Positions 57,315 to 64,000 of a stretch of DNA of 64,000 bases are shown in pieces. The notes beneath the pieces are model-generated. The model was given only the letters and a program-made list of their open reading frames with translations, searched no databases and was not told where the DNA came from. The stretch is from Eledone cirrhosa (lineage: Eukaryota), in NCBI GenBank assembly GCA_964016885.1, contig OZ024740.1, forward strand, positions 255,998,001-256,062,000, in the 5' to 3' direction. Position numbers and translations under genes: made by a program. Each line of letters opens with the position of its first letter. Position 1 is the first letter of the stretch.

Positions 57315-57691
57315 GTTATATTTGGGGAGGGTCATATTTGCGTAATATTGCCAGAATTAATAACAGAACACACTCACTGTTTGGTTGGTTTTCGCTTCTC
57401 GCTGTCTTTTATATATATATATCTGCGATCTAACTTACTCGGTCCTCAATGTTGCCATTGACTGACCGGCGGTCAAAAATAATACAGATACAATATAGAC
57501 AAATTGTCTATATTGTATCTGTATTATTTTTGACCGCCGGTCAGTCAATGGCAACATTGAGGACCGAGTAAGTTAGATCGCAGATATATATATATAAAAG
57601 ACAGCGAGAAGCGAAAACCAACCAAACAGTGAGTGTGTTCTGTTATTAATTCTGGCAATATTACGCAAATATGACCCTCCCCAAATATAAC
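57315..57691. repeat. Perfect palindrome, 188-bp arms, 1-nt spacer (57503); right arm extended to about 57752
   Basis: No mismatch seen between arms; outer ends resemble PLE terminus at 54860-54940 and 63595-63665. Confidence 0.93.
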
Positions 57692-57750
57692 AATATCTGT
57701 TTCGACACACGATTTCATATAAAAAACCTCGCAAAACTAATTCATCGCCG

Positions 57751-57786
<36 letters not shown>

Positions 57787-57787
57787 A

Positions 57788-57886
57788 TATAATTGTTTCT
57801 ACTTTAGACACAAGGCCAACAAATTACCCAGTGCATTACTGGTACTTTATGTTATCGACCCCGTAAGGATGAAAGGCAAAGTCAAC
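57788..57886 (-). mobile_element. SINE 3' fragment
   Basis: Homology to 27275-27364. Confidence 0.8.
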
Positions 57887-57888
57887 AT

Positions 57889-57928
<40 letters not shown>

Positions 57929-58675
57929 CATATATACATATACATACGACGAAATGCCTACGACGGTTGGATGGCCACTGATGAGGACAAACTTTTTCAT
58001 ATATATATATATATATATATATATTTAACCCGAGTGTATATTATTTTTTTCTTTTCTCGTGTCGTGGTTGTCTCCCCTTCCCGCTTCGTGACGCTATGAA
58101 ACTTCCTCAGTCAAAAGACTACTGGAATTTCAAATTTGGCGGTCATTCGTTGCGTGAGGGAGCAGCTAAACGGACACGATTTTTAACTGCGGTAAGAATG
58201 TTTTCTTATTTCAAAGTTTAATGGGCTTCTACTGAAGATTTATAAGTGCCCACCTAAATATATTCTTACATGAATATATGTTAGGCTTCTACATAAACTT
58301 GAAACATTCTCCCAACTTGTAGAAAACTTATAATGAAACAATTGTTTGGAAAGAGAGATATATTTTAACTTTAATTATATCTCATAAAATAATACAACTG
58401 GCTTTCCACAAAATACATATAGTTAGCACCCCAAACACTTAAATTGGGTTATACTAACATATAACCTAATGTTTGTTGAGTGAGATGGTTACCAGTCGGA
58501 GTTTAGCGTTAAGCTATCTCTGTTATTGTATTAATTATATATATATATATATACACACACATATATATATATATTAATATTAATAACTCCAGAAAACCTC
58601 ACTGTAGAGTGGTTCTAATCTATTGTAAAACTTTATTCATTGATTAATTCATTGAACCTTGTTAAACTTTTAATC

Positions 58676-58744
<69 letters not shown>

Positions 58745-58790
58745 AAAATAACAGTAGGCTGGACCTGTGTAAATCCTTGAAAGGTTTATT

Positions 58791-58848
58791 ATACTATGAT
58801 CATTTCAATGACCGGGTTCCGTATGAATCCGGTGATATCATCAGGTAT
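58791..58848 (-). ncRNA. Type I hammerhead ribozyme in terminus 58740-58954
   Basis: ATAC-CTGATGA-tatcACCGG...CCGGTcatt-GAAA-tgatca-TA-GTAT; stem III palindrome ATGATCAT. Confidence 0.82.
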
Positions 58849-58959
58849 TCGAAATATAATAAATGAATGTAATAGATAAAATCCATGGGGCTGAAAATCA
58901 TAGACCCGAGGACGACCGACCATCTAGCATCTTCCACTTTAGCCGGTCGCCCTCAAGTG

Positions 58960-61160
58960 CGTAGTAGTAGTGGTAGTGGTGGTAGTGGTAGTGGTGGTAG
59001 TGGTGATAGTGGTAGTGTTGGTAATGGTGGTAGTGGTAGTAGTGGTGGTAGTGGTGGTGGTGGTAGTGGTAGGGTTGGTAATGGTAGTAGTGGTGGTAGT
59101 GGTGGTAGTGGAGGTGGTGGTAGTGGTAGTGGTGGTAGTGGTGGTGGTGGTAGTGGTGGTAGTGGTAGTGGTGATAGTGGTAGTGTTGGTAATGGTGGTG
59201 GTGGTAGTGGTGGTAGTGGTGGTAGTGGTAGTGGTGGTAGTGGTGGTAGTGGTAGTGCTGGTAGTGGTAGTGGTGATAGTGGTAGTGTTGGTAATGGTGG
59301 TAGTGGTAGTGGTGGTAGTGGTAGTGGTGGTAGTGGTGGTAGTGGTATTAGTGGTAGTGGTGATAGTGGTAGTGTTAGTAATGGTGGTAGTGGTAGTGGT
59401 GGTAGTGGTAGTTGTGGTAGTGGTGGTGGTAGTGGTAGTGGTGGTAGTGGTGGTAGTGGTGATGATATCGATGGTGATGTCAAAGGTGATGTCTTGTGAC
59501 AACAATAGAAAAGGATAATGAAGATGGCGGTGAGGATGATGACGATAGTGATGGTGAGGGAATCGGTGATATGTTTGATGGGGGGGGGGTCATAACTGCC
59601 CCCCCCCCCCTCCTCATCATCATCATCATCATTATATCTTTCTCTTCTGATATTTCAGCAAACATTTTTTAATGATACTGTTAGTATTATTGTTGATGAC
59701 AATTAATTTGTTGTTCGTGGTCATAATGATGATGGTGATGGTAATGGTGATTGGCATGTTGATGGTGATGATAATCATGATGATGATGGTAATGTTAGTC
59801 TTGGTGATTGTGGCTATACTGATGATGTTGATGATGATGATATTGATGAGGATGATGCGTATGATGATAATAAAGACAATGTTGACGATGATGAAAGAGT
59901 TTATGTAGGTGTGATGAAAATTGTAGTGATGATGTTGGTGTTGATGATGACGACGATGATGGTGATGATGATGATGATGATGAGGATGATGATGCTGATG
60001 ATGGTGATGATGATGGTGATGATGATGATGATGAGGATGATGATGATGATGATGATGATGATGGTGATAATTATGGTGTTTAGCCTCAGATAAACTAGGA
60101 ACAAGCAAAAGAATGCTGAACAACTTTCCAACCGGAACCATTTCGTTTTCTGTTGTTTTTTTTGTATATCTAGGACTACATATCTTTTTCTTTAAGTTAG
60201 TAGGATGTAATTTGAGGGAGATTTGGTTACTATTTCTAGCACGCCGAGCCAGACTCTATAGTCATCATCATGTAGGGGTCGTGAGGTGGAGTCTGTAGTG
60301 ATGGTGATTGTGTTGATGTTGATGTTGATGTTGGTAGTGTCAGGTGGTAGGGTAGAGAATGTACTTAGAAGTATTGTGAAGTTGCGAGACGACAGGGTGA
60401 TGGTGGTGGTGTTGGTGGAGGTGAAAAATGTGGTGCTGGTGGCTGTACTGTCGTTGTTGTTGTTTTGTTGGGTGTGGGGTAATGGTGGCGGAGATGGTGG
60501 AGATGGTGATAGTCCGTGTAGCGAGAGTGATGTTGGTGGTATGGATAGTTTGTGATTGTGTAGTAGCCATGATAATGGTGGTGGTTGAGGTGGTGGCGAT
60601 GGTCTATGTCTGCATGGCGGGAGTGATATTGATGTTGTTGAGTCTGTATCGTTGAGGATGACGGCAGCTGAATATTTCCTCCCCCTCCTTCTCCTTTTCC
60701 CTGTCTTTTTCTTGTTTCTCCTCCTCCTGCCACTCTCTAAATTATAGACAGTTGATTGGTGGCCAGTCACTGCTTATCACTGTCACGCTTCGCTGGCCAC
60801 GCTATTTTTCGTATCACTGACGCGGTCATATACAATGGTGCAACACTACCATAACCTCCACTTCCACCATCACTACCCACACCACTGGCAAACCGATTAT
60901 AGCCACCCTCGACAATCATCCTCACGTGATCACCTTCACTATCGTCATCATCATCATCATCATCATCATCGTCGTCAACGTCGTCATCACCACCAACATA
61001 TTCCAACATCATCATCACTGTCATATTATCATTGACATCATCATCAACACCATCATCTCCAGCATTAACACAGTCATCTTCACCACCTGCGCCCCCACAC
61101 CCCGCTGCGATTACCAGCCCCCACACTAACCCTTCCTTTACTATCACCACCATCTTCGGT
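58960..61160. repeat. Trinucleotide low-complexity domain (GGT/AGT, GAT, CAT)
   Basis: Poly-GS/T/V/M/H translations in all frames. Confidence 0.9.
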
Positions 61161-61250
61161 ATTCCCGCTTACACCAATGTGTCCTATTTTGCAAAGGCAA
61201 TCAATATCATATGTCTTCCTTTTCTTTCATACATTTTTCTCTGATCCTTT

Positions 61251-61294
<44 letters not shown>

Positions 61295-61364
61295 TCGATA
61301 TACTTGGGGAGGGTCATGCTGCCACTAAAAACACACGCACCTGTTGGATTTCACTTATATACAT

Positions 61365-61555
61365 ATAATTGTTTCTACTTTTGGCACAAGGCCAACAATT
61401 AACCAGTGCATTACTGGTACTTTATTTTATCGACACCGTAAGGATGAAAGGCAAAGTTAACCTCGCCGGGATTTGAACTCAGATCATAAAGGGACATAAC
61501 TATGCTAGAAAGCATGGCGTCTGACCCTCTACCTATACTGCCAATCCACCGCCCT
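61365..61555 (-). mobile_element. Full-length tRNA-derived SINE
   Basis: Reverse complement of 27179-27364 family with A/B boxes. Confidence 0.88.
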
Positions 61556-61585
61556 TATATATATATATAATATATATACATACAT

Positions 61586-62912
61586 AAACGGAAAAAAAGA
61601 AAGGAAATTTCATTTCCCACGCTTAGTACGGCTGTTACTTAAATATAAGTATGTATACGTACATACATATATGTATACAGACGTACAGTAGTATGTATAT
61701 ATATATACATACATGCACACATATATATATGTACGTATGGATTCACCGAACATTTATTATAATGCTCGGTGTGTTTGTAAACAAACATCCCGTATTAAGC
61801 CGTAGTGTCTAGCAACCACCGTTGCTCGTTTGTTCAACACTGTAAAAGGAAGGCGGTACTAGTTTCAAGCTTATTAGCTATCGTCAGCAACGTATACCTC
61901 CTGCCAGATGATTGAACGTCTGAACGTATATACTTTCCTTATGCATATTAACGGCTGAGCAGCCTAATTTGTATATCGAGTGAGTTAATCGGCCGGGTCC
62001 ACCGAAAACGATAAACGGAAAAAATGAAACGAAATTTCCTTTGCCACTCTTAGTACGGCTGTTACTTAAATACAAGTATGTACACGTACATGCATATATG
62101 TATACAGACGTACACCCGGGTGCACCCGGCCGATTAACCCACTAGATATGCAAATTAGGCTGCTCAGCCGTTAATATGCATAAGGAAAGTATATACTTTC
62201 GGACGTTCAATCATCTGGCAGGAAGGTATACGTTGCTGACGATAGCTAATAAGCTTGAAACTAGTACAGCCTTCCTTTATCAGTGTTGAACAAACGAGCA
62301 ACGGTGGTTGCTAGACACTACGGCTTAATACGGGATGTTTGTTTACAAACACACCGAGCATTATAATAGATGTTCGGTGAATCCATACGTACATATATAT
62401 ATATGTGTGCATGTATGTATATATATATATACATACTACTGTACGTCTGTATACATATATGTATGTACGTGTACATACTTATATTTAAGTAACAGCCGTA
62501 CTAAGAGTGGGAAATGAAATTTCGTTTCATTTTTTCCGTTTATATTTTCGGTGTACCCGGCCGATTAACTCACTCGATATGCAAATTAGGCTGCTCAGCC
62601 GTTAATATGCATAAGGAAAGTATATACTTTCGGACGTTCAATCATCTGGCAGGAAGGTATACGTTGCTGACGATAGCTAATAAGCTTGAAACTAGTACAT
62701 CGTTCCTTTGTCAGTGTTGAACAAATGAGCAACGATGGTTGCTAGACACTGTACGGCTTAATACGGGATGTTTGTTTACAAACACACCGAGCATTATAAT
62801 AAATGTTCGGTGAATCCATACGTACATATATATATGTGTGCATGTATGTATATATATATATACATACTACTGTACGTCTGTATACATATATGTATGTACG
62901 TATACATACTTA
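61586..62912. mobile_element. Retrozyme-like array, head-to-head: 61586-62113 (minus) and 62120-62912 (plus, 431-bp period)
   Basis: HHRs at 61852-61893 (minus), 62230-62270 and 62661-62703 (plus); same family as 22425-23381. Confidence 0.85.
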
Positions 62913-63314
62913 TATATATACATATATTCACACAAAGGCAAAGAAACATATATGTGCAGGCAGATCATGTGTTAGCGACTAACTTGTCTCAGGGAGACAT
63001 GCAGAAACAAACATACATAAAGACATAATGTCAATGAGAATGCATGTTTAAATGAAGGACTTATCTACGATCAATGATAAATCTGTAGAAATGGATAATG
63101 GGTTAGGGTGTTGGTCGGCAATGTTATGGCAGTTGAGGGCGTTGGTTAGTGCTGACTGACGACTGACACAACAGCATAGACATGATGATGATGATAATCT
63201 TCCTCACCCTCCTCATCATCATCAGTGTTGTCATCATCAATTTCATTATCAACCAGTCTCTGCCTACACACACATATTGAAACATACACACACATACACA
63301 CACATACAGTCATA

Positions 63315-63355
<41 letters not shown>

Positions 63356-63390
63356 TATAGAGTAAAGCATGTCCAGAGAATTATTTGATA

Positions 63391-63500
<110 letters not shown>

Positions 63501-63594
63501 TTGTATTATATATGTATGTATATGTATATGTATATATATATATATATACTCTACACAAACATATATATATACACACATATATATATATATATAC

Positions 63595-64000
63595 CTCGCT
63601 TTTGAATGTGTTTTTGTAAGATTTCTTATCTGAACACGTGTGTTGAAACAAATATTGTTATACTTTGTATATGCTGCCAGTAAAGACACAGTAAAGCTCC
63701 TCTTCGTTTTCACTTCAAATTATTATAAATTTCCGGTTGGTTGGTTCAATAACCTGAAGGTTGTTTATATATTGTCAAAGCTCTTTCGTCACGTCACACA
63801 TTCTGCGATCCCCCTCCTTTGTTCTATCCTACACCATCTTGTTTTTGTGTTGTGAGCTGTGTGCTTGATTTGCGCATGCGTTACATACGGGTGTCTGTTT
63901 TTATTTATTTATTCATGTATTTATTTATCTGTCAATAGTTGGTTGTTTGTTCTATCTGTGTGTGTCTGGTTTGTTTTGTTAGTTTGGTTTTTATGTGTCT
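63595..64000 (-). mobile_element. Degenerate PLE 3' terminus of the 1-530/2456 family
   Basis: Homology to 54860-55180; HHR core deleted. Confidence 0.8.

Noticed and set aside
58885-59499. 204-aa Gly/Ser-rich ORF with GSGDSGSVGNGG repeats
   Set aside because: Start lies in the antisense of a PLE terminus, the body is a GGT/AGT expansion open in several frames, and there is no signal peptide or splice evidence
59632-60141. His-rich ORF with apparent signal peptide
   Set aside because: Derived from (GAT)n low complexity; downstream poly-Ile; non-ATG start

Overview
AT-rich eukaryotic, transposon-dominated DNA with no convincing host protein-coding exon. The (TA)n/(CA)n load and the tRNA-derived SINE types suggest a coleoid cephalopod, probably Octopus (inference). 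The window is packed with 5'-truncated Penelope-like retroelements (PLEs: RT plus GIY-YIG endonuclease; mostly Naiad-like, plus Neptune/Nematis-like copies) inserted in (TA)n, together with Helitrons, SINEs, a mariner relic and LINE scraps. Most ORFs in the track are microsatellite artefacts. Reading the DNA directly shows more than 25 hammerhead ribozyme (HHR) motifs on both strands. Most are minimal type I with a palindromic stem III, and some carry core variants (U3-A8, U4C). Three structural themes stand out. (1) A repeat family carries a hammerhead whose strands are in a non-circularly permuted, pseudoknotted order, with compensatory changes between copies (44.4 kb, 20.4 kb, 20.9 kb). (2) Non-coding tandem arrays of 431-444 bp carry one HHR and an octamer motif per unit (retrozyme-like; 22.4 kb, 61.6-62.9 kb). 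(3) A recurring 'double-headed' insertion geometry has two 3' ends facing outward into (TA)n, from 200-bp hairpins up to 4-kb inverted repeats, with one arm usually longer. All RNA structures were folded by eye and none is shown to be active.
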